The notes: generated from the sequence alone by a model not told the origin. Counted from the stretch's first letter, positions 39,606 to 48,229 are shown. The stretch is 64,000 nucleotides of DNA from Candidatus Woesearchaeota archaeon (GCA_016928835.1 JAFGJW010000001.1:86306-150305); one strand, 5' to 3'. Program-made: numbers and translations.

Positions 39606-40604
39606 CTACTCTAGGGGCTTTCCCATAACCATGGATGCACCGCACTCCTTACATAATTTAAGAGACCTGGTTTTTACTAATTCCCTGGTCTTTTTGTATT
39701 TAGGGCTGTTCCATATCTCCAGGAAAGATTTCTCTAATATATTACCAAAACTATACTCTGCATTAAGGTCATAACAGCAAAGACATACTTCCCCTTCCCA
39801 TGTTATCACTGTTTTTCTGGTAAAACCGCATTTCCCTGTAGCTTTAATTAGCTTCCATTTCTTGCCTTTTTTTGAGTATCTGCGGTACTTATTTGTAGGA
39901 AGGAATTCATCAGCTAGTCTGTCAAAGTCTTTACCCTTATAGAACCAGCTCGGAATTGCTACTGTTTTGATAAATATCTTATCTGGGCCAACATTCTCCA
40001 TGAACTTTTCTAGTTTTTTCACCTCATGCTGGTTATGTTTCATACAGATGAATTGTATTTCAATTTTTGGCTTTTTAAGCCCAAGTTCTTTTTTTCTTTT
40101 ACATAATTTTTTAATATTACCTATGACTTTTGTATAATCAGAGCCGACCCTGTATTTTTTATATGTTTTTTCCGAAAGTCCGTCGAGCGAAATTATCAAT
40201 CTTGATAGGCCACTCTTCAAAAGGCCATCAATATCATCCATTTTTGTTGCATTTGTCGATATAGTTACTTCAATATTTTTCTTAGCAGTGACCTCGATCA
40301 TCTTGATTATATCTGGATGTAAGAAAGATTCTCCTGCAAAAAACAATGTTACTTTTGGGAACATCCCTGAAATCTTATCTATTATCCTTTTGTAATCCTT
40401 GAGTTGCATAAATCCGCTTTTTCTTTTCATAAACTTATGTGAGCAAGGACAAAGAACGCAGCTAAGATTACAGGCATTGGTCGGCTCAATCATCACATCA
40501 CTGGGATAGCCGAAAATTTTGTTTCTGATGTATTTCAGATTGTTTAAGAAAAGACCCAAATCTTTTTCCATTAGCGGATCAAAATAGAGATTCTTTAAAG
40601 TCAT
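39606..40604 (-). CDS. radical SAM protein with C-terminal SPASM/twitch-like Cys-rich domain
   Basis: EPTNACNLSCVLCPC (CxxxCxxC). The C-terminus has 7 Cys (CGFT...CLCCYD...CKECG). Confidence 0.7.
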   Translation of the reverse strand: MTLKNLYFDPLMEKDLGLFLNNLKYIRNKIFGYPSDVMIEPTNACNLSCVLCPCSHKFMKRKSGFMQLKDYKRIIDKISGMFPKVTLFFAGESFLHPDIIKMIEVTAKKNIEVTISTNATKMDDIDGLLKSGLSRLIISLDGLSEKTYKKYRVGSDYTKVIGNIKKLCKRKKELGLKKPKIEIQFICMKHNQHEVKKLEKFMENVGPDKIFIKTVAIPSWFYKGKDFDRLADEFLPTNKYRRYSKKGKKWKLIKATGKCGFTRKTVITWEGEVCLCCYDLNAEYSFGNILEKSFLEIWNSPKYKKTRELVKTRSLKLCKECGASMVMGKPLE

Positions 40605-40740
40605 TTTATTTATATTGCCTAATTAAATTTAATTGCTCTTAAATGGAAAAGCCAAAAGCAAGGAAAACTTATATAGTTTTCGGAACAAATTATTAAAGCA
40701 ATCATTAAGGGCAAGACTATAGAAATTGGTCTTATGGAAA

Positions 40741-42279
40741 TCATCTCGTCTCTTCAGGTTCAAACTTGAAAAAAGGCAATCTTAGTCTATTATTGCTGGC
40801 AATTCCGATAATCCTATTAATCTTCGTAAATGAAACTATCCGTAATACCAATAGTGAGACAAGATAAATGCAACCTGACACGAAAAGAGTTATTAGAAGT
40901 TTAAGATAGATGTCCACATTTATTATTCTTTTTAGAAAAATTATAACAACAACGAAAAATAATGAAGACATCAAAATTTTTAACATTCTCTTTATTGGAA
41001 GCCTGACTTCGAGATATTTGTTCTTTAGGTATACTGTGTACATCGCGCCTATGATTACACACATTAAATCAGATAACCCAGCACCTAGAAGCCCCATACT
41101 GGGTATTAAAACTATGTTAAGTATGATATTGGCAATAACAGTAATGTATGTAATGTTTCTTGCTTCTTTTGGCAGTCCTTTGCTTAAAAAAACCCTTTTC
41201 ATAATCCCATTGAAGCTGTAAAATAGGAAATACACAGCGAAGATTCTTAGCAGAAAAGCCGCCTTAACAAAAGTCTCTGCATAGAGTATTCTTAAAATCT
41301 CTTCTGAAAATAAAAACAGTGTAAGGGAGGCAGGTATCGCAATAAGATATGAGTATGTAATAAGCTCGGAAAAATAGTAATTTAGACCTTTGATGTCCTT
41401 TTTTTCCCAGAGCTCGGACATCATAGGGAAGAACACCTGAATCATTGCTTTTAGGAAGAATATCGTTGCTTTTGCCAAAGACATGGCCATAACATAATAT
41501 CCTACACTATCAAGCCCAACAAAATACGTAAGGAAGAAGATGGTCTGTTGCCCAAAAATCTGAAAGGCAAATGAGGCAGTCATTGTTGGAATCGAATAGC
41601 TTATCATCCTTTTCTTAATTTTGTTAATGGGATAGCATGGTGTAGAAAAGAACCCTGGAAAAATTTTTTTTAGGAATATGATTAAAAAAATAATTGAAGT
41701 GATTATTGCGCCTATTACATAAACTAATCCAAAATAATAAATGGAGTAATTATTCAGGATTACAACTAGGAAGAATAGAAATGCAAGCAGTTGGAAACAG
41801 AATTCAACTCCCTGGTATAAAACCATGTTCTGGTAAGCATGGAATGTTGAATACAGCGCTTCAAGAAAGCCTTCAATGACAAAGTATACAGCGAGGGCTA
41901 TGAGCAGTATCTGCGCCCTGGGATCCTTAAAATATAATTTAGCCAGCAAACCTGAAGAGAAGACAAAAAAGACAGAGATTAGGATACCACATATCACTTG
42001 CATCCGCACTGTAAAAAGTATAGATGACTTTATCTTATTTTTTGATTTTTTAATAATGAAGCGCGGAATAAAATAAACAAGTGATTCAGACAAGCCAAGA
42101 TCACGGAGAAAAGAGAAAAATGTTACAAAGCTTAGAACAGAAAAAAACAAGCCAATATCAGCGACATTAATAGTTTTGGCAAATAATAATTTTTGCGCAT
42201 ATCCCAGCATAGAGGAAAATATAACAAAAAGCATAATTATTATTGTCCCCTGCACAAGTTTTTTCCCGTAATTGGCCAC
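40741..42279 (-). CDS. Wzx-like oligosaccharide flippase (MOP/polysaccharide biosynthesis protein family)
   Basis: 512 aa with approx 12-14 TMs and an N-terminus typical of the MOP flippase family. Confidence 0.7.
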   Translation of the reverse strand: MANYGKKLVQGTIIIMLFVIFSSMLGYAQKLLFAKTINVADIGLFFSVLSFVTFFSFLRDLGLSESLVYFIPRFIIKKSKNKIKSSILFTVRMQVICGILISVFFVFSSGLLAKLYFKDPRAQILLIALAVYFVIEGFLEALYSTFHAYQNMVLYQGVEFCFQLLAFLFFLVVILNNYSIYYFGLVYVIGAIITSIIFLIIFLKKIFPGFFSTPCYPINKIKKRMISYSIPTMTASFAFQIFGQQTIFFLTYFVGLDSVGYYVMAMSLAKATIFFLKAMIQVFFPMMSELWEKKDIKGLNYYFSELITYSYLIAIPASLTLFLFSEEILRILYAETFVKAAFLLRIFAVYFLFYSFNGIMKRVFLSKGLPKEARNITYITVIANIILNIVLIPSMGLLGAGLSDLMCVIIGAMYTVYLKNKYLEVRLPIKRMLKILMSSLFFVVVIIFLKRIINVDIYLKLLITLFVSGCIYLVSLLVLRIVSFTKINRIIGIASNNRLRLPFFKFEPEETR

Positions 42280-42318
42280 TATTGGTTAAATTATGTCAGC
42301 TTATATAAAATTTATTGA

Positions 42319-43152
42319 TTATTGCTTATGACCAAAATATAAATTATTTACACGAGTCTCTTGTTTGATTTTAAATCCATGTTTTTTTAGAATCTTAACT
42401 AAGTCAGCCTCTTTAGTATGTCTTGCTGATTTTTCCACAATGATATTCTCTGTTTTTCTTAAGATTCTATCAGCGCCTTCCAGGATTTCTACTTCAGGAC
42501 CCTCAACATCTATCTTCAGCAAATAAATACTATCCTCTTTATCGCAGCAGATATCCAATGTTGTTGTCTCCACAAGTTCATATTTTTTGTAGTGCTTTCT
42601 ACTATACATTCCATCTTCTTTGAGAATAAGAGAATTGTTCCCGCTTCCTCTAAGGTATAATTTCATTTTTCCCTTTTTAGTATATAATGCTTCTCTGTGG
42701 GCAAGAACATTATCGCAGCCGTTTTCTTTGATATTCTTTTTTAAGAGAGAAAAATTTTTGCTGGAGGGCTCGAATGCATAGATCTTTTTTGCTTTTTTCC
42801 TTTTAGCCAATATCAGACTCATCAGTCCGATATTAGCTCCTGCGTCTATTATAACCTTGTTCTCTGGAATATTCTTCATTAAGTATTCATCAAGGACAAT
42901 TACATCGATTATTATGCCATATAGTTCAATGAAGTGGTGTATGACTATCCCGTCCTTCAACACAATCTTCATCTTGATTGAGGCCAGGTTTGACACATGG
43001 CGCAGGAAAAATTTCATTCTGTTTCTTCCGATTATTTTCGAGCCTGCTTCATAAAAAAAATAATATCCATAGGTAAGCAATTTATGCAAGTATTGGCCTT
43101 TCTTTGCTTCTGTTGCATAAAATTTATTTAGCAACTTGAATGTCTCAAACAT
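42319..43152 (-). CDS. FkbM-family methyltransferase
   Basis: DAGANIGLMS...AFEP...LLKIDVEGPE motifs. Confidence 0.7.
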   Translation of the reverse strand: MFETFKLLNKFYATEAKKGQYLHKLLTYGYYFFYEAGSKIIGRNRMKFFLRHVSNLASIKMKIVLKDGIVIHHFIELYGIIIDVIVLDEYLMKNIPENKVIIDAGANIGLMSLILAKRKKAKKIYAFEPSSKNFSLLKKNIKENGCDNVLAHREALYTKKGKMKLYLRGSGNNSLILKEDGMYSRKHYKKYELVETTTLDICCDKEDSIYLLKIDVEGPEVEILEGADRILRKTENIIVEKSARHTKEADLVKILKKHGFKIKQETRVNNLYFGHKQ

Positions 43153-43225
43153 AGACTTGCCATTGTTTTGTATTATATTAATTTTTCTAGTTTTATATCA
43201 TAATAAAAGAGAATATGGCCAGCAA

Positions 43226-44488
43226 TTACCAGCAAATCCCTTCATAATTTTTTGGTATCTTAGAATTAAATACGTTTTTTCCGTCAATGACTAGCTTATC
43301 TCCGTAATCCAGGTCTTTGAATTCAGGCCATTCAGTCAATATAAGTACAATCTCACTGTTATTAACAACTTCCTGGCCACTGCCTAAATAGTTCAGATGC
43401 GGGAAAATTCTCTTAACTTTGTCCATGGCTTTTGGGTCATATATATAGAGTTCTGCTTCTTCCATCAGTAATTCCTTAATAGTATTTAGTGCAGGACTCT
43501 CCCTAATATCATCTGTGCCTGCTTTAAAAGTAAGGCCCAGCACCCCAATCTTCCTATGGCGCAGTCCTTTTTTTTCTAAAATCTCCAACAATTTCAATGG
43601 CTGGTCTCTGTTGACATCCAGTACAGCTCTTAATAACCTGGGGTTATAACCTAGCTCAGTAGCCTTGTAGATTATTGCGTTAACGTCTTTCGGGAAGCAT
43701 GACCCTCCAAAACCAATACCTGACCTTAGGAAATAGGGGCATATTCTATGATCCAGACCAATGCCTTCTGCGACAACATTAGTGTCAATATTGAATCTCT
43801 TGCATATATTGCCTATCTCATTAATAAATGAGATCTTGGTTGCGAGGAAGGCGTTTGAGGCATATTTAATCATTTCTGCCTCTTTAAAACTGGTGGATAG
43901 TATAGGACACTTGAAATTTGAATATAGTTTTCTAAGTGTTTGGAGAGATCTTTTATCACTCGAGCCAATAACAATTCTATCAGGATTAAAAAAATCCTCT
44001 ATTGCCTCTCCCTCCCTTAGAAACTCTGGGTTCATCAAAACACCAAAGTCTTTTGGGAACTTTTTCTTACTCTCTTTCTCAAGAATAGGGATAACGTTTT
44101 CTTCGCAGGTTCCCGCAACTACTGTAGATTTGATTACCACAGTATGGTACTTCTTCAGCTTCAAGTACATACCAATTTCTTTGCTTACATGTTCCAGCTG
44201 ATGCAATGACATGCTGCCTTGCTTCTTTGATGGAGTCCCAACACAGATAAAAGATATATCTGAATCAAGTATTGCCTTTTTTAGATTGCTGGTGATAGAC
44301 AAATTCCTCGACACAACCCTATCCAGAATCTTTTTCAAGCCTTTTTCGTAGATAGGCGGTTTTTTGTTAATGATACTTTCAATTCTCTCTTTATTTATAT
44401 CTACTCCAATAACCTCGTATCCAAGATCAGCCAAACACACTGCCTGAGTTAGACCAACATATCCTAAGCCAATAACTGAAATCTTCAT
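43226..44488 (-). CDS. UDP-glucose/GDP-mannose 6-dehydrogenase family nucleotide-sugar dehydrogenase
   Basis: N-terminal GLGYVG Rossmann motif and catalytic-Cys block GFGGSCFPKD. Confidence 0.85.
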   Translation of the reverse strand: MKISVIGLGYVGLTQAVCLADLGYEVIGVDINKERIESIINKKPPIYEKGLKKILDRVVSRNLSITSNLKKAILDSDISFICVGTPSKKQGSMSLHQLEHVSKEIGMYLKLKKYHTVVIKSTVVAGTCEENVIPILEKESKKKFPKDFGVLMNPEFLREGEAIEDFFNPDRIVIGSSDKRSLQTLRKLYSNFKCPILSTSFKEAEMIKYASNAFLATKISFINEIGNICKRFNIDTNVVAEGIGLDHRICPYFLRSGIGFGGSCFPKDVNAIIYKATELGYNPRLLRAVLDVNRDQPLKLLEILEKKGLRHRKIGVLGLTFKAGTDDIRESPALNTIKELLMEEAELYIYDPKAMDKVKRIFPHLNYLGSGQEVVNNSEIVLILTEWPEFKDLDYGDKLVIDGKNVFNSKIPKNYEGICW

Positions 44489-44650
44489 CAGCTGTCACCT
44501 CATATAGACTAAAGCTTGAAATAGAGGAAATATATATATCTTACTCTTATCATACTTTATGCGATATGTTTATAAATATGATTAGGTTTTTTCATTTTTG
44601 GGGGGCTAAAAATTAAGAAGAAAATATCTATCACAATAAGCGAGAAAACC

Positions 44651-45421
44651 TTGAGTGATATAGATAGTATAATAGATAATATTTATGTGAGAAACAGAAG
44701 CCAGGCAATAGAACTTCTTGTCAATAATGCTTTGGGCGAGAATAGAGTTGCAGTAATTTTGTTTGGAGGGGAAGAAACATCGCTTAAGATCTCAGAAAAC
44801 CAGTACAGAATAACTGGAAAAATAGACTCCTCAACAGTATTTGAGCTAGCTATAAAAAAATTGAAGGAGGACGGTTTCAAGACAATATATGCTATATCAA
44901 GACATAATATAATTACAGAGCTCTTCAAGCTCGTGCAAAATGGCTCAAAATACGGGGTAAATATCCAATATATTGAGGAGAAAGAGTCACTTGGGACAGC
45001 TGATTCCCTTCGGTTGCTGCGTGGGAAGGTAAAAACTAACTTCTTGGTTGTGTATGGTGACACTATTTTCACAGAGGTTAATATGGATGAACTCTGGAAT
45101 GAGCATATCAAGCGAAAAGGTATGACTACTTTGTTATTGACAACCACCCCCACTCCGAGCAAAAAGGGTGTTGTGAAGATTGAGGGCACCAAGATACTGG
45201 ACTTTGTTCAGAAACCCAAAGATAGTGATGTTTATCTTGGTTTTTCTTCTATTTTTGTTACACAGCCAGAACTTCTTGAGTACCAGGGAAACAGTCTTGA
45301 GGAACAAGTGTTTCCCATACTTGCGCAAAAAGGACTTTTGAATGGGTATCTAAGCACCAGCAAGGTTGTTAAAATCCATTCACTGCCTGACCTGAAGAAA
45401 GCTGAGCATCTAGTCAAATAG
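44651..45421 (+). CDS. sugar-phosphate nucleotidyltransferase-fold protein with degenerate G-loop and N-terminal approx 30-aa extension
   Basis: NTP-transferase blocks are present (GTADSL, VVYGDTIF, VKIEG...FVQKPK). The canonical GGxGTRL loop reads GGEETSL, with no Lys/Arg. Start is TTG at 44651, with an alternative GTG 39 nt downstream. Confidence 0.5.
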   Translation: MSDIDSIIDNIYVRNRSQAIELLVNNALGENRVAVILFGGEETSLKISENQYRITGKIDSSTVFELAIKKLKEDGFKTIYAISRHNIITELFKLVQNGSKYGVNIQYIEEKESLGTADSLRLLRGKVKTNFLVVYGDTIFTEVNMDELWNEHIKRKGMTTLLLTTTPTPSKKGVVKIEGTKILDFVQKPKDSDVYLGFSSIFVTQPELLEYQGNSLEEQVFPILAQKGLLNGYLSTSKVVKIHSLPDLKKAEHLVK

Positions 45422-45506
45422 AGTTTTCATCCTGTTGATTCTTTATTTGGGCCCAGATTTTATTCTCCAAAAACTTTAAAAACCAAGTTATAATTTATAT
45501 TGGATT

Positions 45507-46031
45507 ATGACTGAAGAAGCGCCAGATGTTCTTGAAAAACAACCCTGTCCAATGTGCCATACCAATAACCTTACTTTAATGGAGGCTAGGAAGGAAATAC
45601 CCTATTTTGGAGTCTGCTATATCTTCTCAATGGACTGCACTAACTGCAATTACCACATGAGTGATATTGAAGCGGAAGAGGAGCAGGAGCCTGCAAAATA
45701 TACTTTTGATGTTGAATCAGAAACTGATTTAAACGTAAGGGTGATTAAATCAAGTCAAGCTGTTCTTAAGATACCGCACATTATTACTATCACGCCTGGT
45801 CCGATATCCCAGGGGTACATCACAAATATTGAAGGCATAATCAATAGAGTAAAGAAAGTAGTTGAGGAACAGAGAGATGATGAAGACCCTGCTGTACAGA
45901 AAAAGGCCAAGAATATGCTGAAGAAACTGCAGAGAGTGCTTTGGGGCAGAGAAAAACTAAAGATAATCATTGAAGATAAATCAGGCAATTCTGCTATTAT
46001 AAGCGAGAGGGCTGTTAAGAGTAAATTATAG
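45507..46031 (+). CDS. ZPR1-type zinc-finger protein (COG1779-like)
   Basis: CPMCH...(N20)...CTNC C4 zinc ribbon followed by an approx 120-aa beta-rich domain. Confidence 0.55.
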   Translation: MTEEAPDVLEKQPCPMCHTNNLTLMEARKEIPYFGVCYIFSMDCTNCNYHMSDIEAEEEQEPAKYTFDVESETDLNVRVIKSSQAVLKIPHIITITPGPISQGYITNIEGIINRVKKVVEEQRDDEDPAVQKKAKNMLKKLQRVLWGREKLKIIIEDKSGNSAIISERAVKSKL

Positions 46032-46097
46032 AACTAGTTTCAAAATAACAATTCTAATACTCTTTTACAATGGGGTATACTCACTTTGTTCGTAATA

Positions 46098-46177
46098 CGT
46101 GAATTCTTTGAATTCACGACATAGCCCCCTTGAACCCCCCTACGTCGCTGGGAGAGCGCGAGAACGCCAGTTCTCGC
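46098..46177. other. GC-rich element with two perfect hairpins (CGTGAATTC-TTT-GAATTCACG at 46098-46118; GCGAGAAC-GCCA-GTTCTCGC at 46158-46177) and a C-rich spacer
   Basis: Read directly. The block is about 60% GC in an otherwise approx 30% GC intergenic region and is followed by TTATTAAAATTT. It sits 90 nt upstream of the tRNA promoter. Confidence 0.3.
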
Positions 46178-46231
46178 TTATTAAAATTTAATCTTATTAT
46201 AGGTGTTGTATTTATTTAAAAGTTCTATTCA

Positions 46232-46246
46232 GAAACTTTTATAAAT
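46232..46246 (+). promoter_or_regulatory. BRE/TATA promoter of tRNA-Asn (GAAACTTTTATAAAT)
   Basis: An A-rich BRE plus TATA box lies about 24-38 nt upstream of the mature tRNA 5' end (46270). The identical 15-mer is found upstream of the r-protein operon. Confidence 0.45.
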
Positions 46247-46269
46247 TTATGAAAAGTCCTTTGCATTGT

Positions 46270-46356
46270 GCCTCGGTAGCTTAGCGGTAGAGCACACGAC
46301 TGTTAAAAAAAGGTGCTGACATCGTGCGGTCGCCAGTTCGATCCTGGCCCGAGGCG
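46270..46356 (+). tRNA. tRNA-Asn (GUU) containing a 15-nt intron at the canonical 37/38 position
   Basis: Manual fold of the exon parts: acceptor GCCUCGG/CCGAGGC, D arm GCUU-AGCGGUA-GAGC, anticodon stem CACGA/UCGUG with loop CUGUUA, variable CGGUC, T arm GCCAG-UUCGAUC-CUGGC, discriminator G, no encoded CCA. A 15-nt insert (approx 46306-46320) lies after position 37. Confidence 0.8.
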
Positions 46357-46360
46357 TGTT

Positions 46361-47293
46361 TTATAATCCCATTCCACATTTGAATGCTGCTTTTCTTAAT
46401 TCCTGCTCGATTTCAACTAATTGTTCTCCTGAACCAGGAACCCAGACTTCGGGATCTTCACTTAAATACAGTGTCCATTCGTTAACTAGTTGTTGCATTG
46501 GGCTGATTATTTCTCCCGAAAAGAGTTCCTCAATCACAAATCTTAGTACATCCTCAGGCAGATTTTTATAGTCTATATATCGGGCAATCCTTGGGTTTAG
46601 ACTTATGTTATATGTTTCTGTAATATAACTTCTTGTTCTAGGATCCAGCCTAAATCCTAGATCTGTAGGGAGGTTGAGTCTTGAAACAAGATTTATAACT
46701 CGCACAATGGATGCTTCAGGCCGATCTTCCTCAGGATTCATAAGCCATATTCGTCGCTCTCTTGTTCCTTCAAATGCACAATAGGAGTATACTCTTCCAG
46801 TTCGTAAATCATATGCTATTGAAGATACGTTTATATCACATCCCTGTAATGCATGAGAGAGATCTCTTCTGCCGTCTGGACCAACAAAACTTGAAAACTT
46901 CGTTATATCTATTTCTACTCCATCTATTTCCCATTTTACATTACCAAAAAAATTGGTTTTTATCTCTCCTGGTAAATTGGAACAAAGTGCGAATAGGTCA
47001 ATTTCAGTTCCAGAATCATCAAGGATTAAATCAAGGTCTCTTGGTGTGTAAGGTCTTCTGTACCAATGGAAAATAAGTGCATCCCTAATAGTACCTCCGA
47101 ATTCATATAGTTTAACCTGTGTTGGTCGTCCAATAATTTTACTTCTTTGTTCATATCTTCGCACTTCTTGAAGAAATAGTTCTAGATAAGGTTGAAGTCC
47201 CGACCTTCTTCTTACATCTTCTATTGTCCTAGCTAGTTCTGGAGCGTCAAGATATTGAAGTGGTTCCGGTACCAGATACTGGCTTCCTCGCAT
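46361..47293 (-). CDS. Pol-beta-superfamily nucleotidyltransferase with class-II tRNA-NT/poly(A)-polymerase-type head motifs
   Basis: FGGTIRDALI...PRDLDLILDD matches GGxVRD...DxD of class II CCA/PAP heads. A downstream GRRDLSHAL...DINVSSIAYD resembles the RRD(F/L)TINA motif. Arg-rich rather than Lys-rich; 310 aa is shorter than canonical CCA enzymes. The stop abuts the tRNA-Asn 3' end. Confidence 0.5.
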   Translation of the reverse strand: MRGSQYLVPEPLQYLDAPELARTIEDVRRRSGLQPYLELFLQEVRRYEQRSKIIGRPTQVKLYEFGGTIRDALIFHWYRRPYTPRDLDLILDDSGTEIDLFALCSNLPGEIKTNFFGNVKWEIDGVEIDITKFSSFVGPDGRRDLSHALQGCDINVSSIAYDLRTGRVYSYCAFEGTRERRIWLMNPEEDRPEASIVRVINLVSRLNLPTDLGFRLDPRTRSYITETYNISLNPRIARYIDYKNLPEDVLRFVIEELFSGEIISPMQQLVNEWTLYLSEDPEVWVPGSGEQLVEIEQELRKAAFKCGMGL

Positions 47294-47368
47294 TTTCCAA
47301 TAGAGTGAACAGAGGTTATATTTAAATTCTAGTTGGAATATTTTTTAGAGAAGTATTATTTTAAATAA

Positions 47369-48196
47369 CTAATACCCTTCTAATTTCCTTTGCTTGCCTT
47401 TAGATGAAGATGGGCTTATAGCCATCCCATCTTTTGCAGCAATAGTGTGCACTCCAGTTTGTTTCTGTATCTCTCTTGCTTCGTATAATGGATCAGCCTT
47501 CAGCATTTTGATACCAAAGTGTGTGATAATTGCTAATTGTGGTTTTATCTTCTCAATAAGCTTCACAGCATCATCTGTGTTTAGATTATCTTTTGATTCG
47601 TTATTTGTTGGGTTTACAACATTCAGAATGAGAATATCAATATCTTTAAACTCGTTCACCAAATTTGAAAAATATTCTGTGTCAGAAGTGTATCCAATGC
47701 TAACTCTCGGAGTGTTAAACCTAAAACCGACACCTTTTTTGTCAAGATGTTTTGTTTCAGTTGCTCTAATATCTATATTCTCTATTCCAGCTAACGTGCC
47801 CTTTTCAAGGGTTATGTACTTTTCAACGCAGTGCCTGTAAAAATCCTTGAGAAAAGGCTCATCATTTTCACTTCCAAACAAAACGCTCTTGCTTGCGCAT
47901 AAAACTCCTTTTTTATCAAGGCCGTTATGGGTCATGGCACTTATCACAGCATTGACATCATTAGCATGTATAATGTGGTTGTGGGAAACAAATACTGCTG
48001 TATTTTCCCGTAGATTTATCCCCTGCATCTTGGCCATTACCAGGGCACCAGGGCCCGGGTCAATGTGAAATTGCTTGCTTTCCAGATTAAATATTATGCC
48101 TCCAGAAGCCCTGTATTGTTTTCCGCAGACAATAGAGTCTCCAGCAGTGCCAAGAAAAACAATGCTATCCCCCATACAACTAATAAATGATAACAA
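47369..48196 (-). CDS. MBL-fold metallo-hydrolase with non-canonical metal motif (SHNHIIH)
   Basis: N-terminal IVFLGTAGDS (beta-lactamase-fold start), SHNHIIHAND in place of HxHxDH, and a C-terminal ITHFG. The probable start is the internal Met (MGDSIVFLG). Confidence 0.5.
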   Translation of the reverse strand: MLSFISCMGDSIVFLGTAGDSIVCGKQYRASGGIIFNLESKQFHIDPGPGALVMAKMQGINLRENTAVFVSHNHIIHANDVNAVISAMTHNGLDKKGVLCASKSVLFGSENDEPFLKDFYRHCVEKYITLEKGTLAGIENIDIRATETKHLDKKGVGFRFNTPRVSIGYTSDTEYFSNLVNEFKDIDILILNVVNPTNNESKDNLNTDDAVKLIEKIKPQLAIITHFGIKMLKADPLYEAREIQKQTGVHTIAAKDGMAISPSSSKGKQRKLEGY

Positions 48197-48229
48197 ATAT
48201 AAAAATCTTTTGACGAAAAATATAGATTA

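Noticed and set aside
46356-46571. Plus-strand ORF 46356-46571 starting inside the tRNA
   Set aside because: It overlaps the tRNA 3' end and lies antisense to the nucleotidyltransferase gene. It has no start context and is spurious.
46361-47293. Calling the nucleotidyltransferase the organism's CCA-adding enzyme
   Set aside because: Archaeal CCA enzymes are class I and larger. This protein is only 310 aa with class II-like motifs, so it is probably an accessory NTase and not the housekeeping enzyme.
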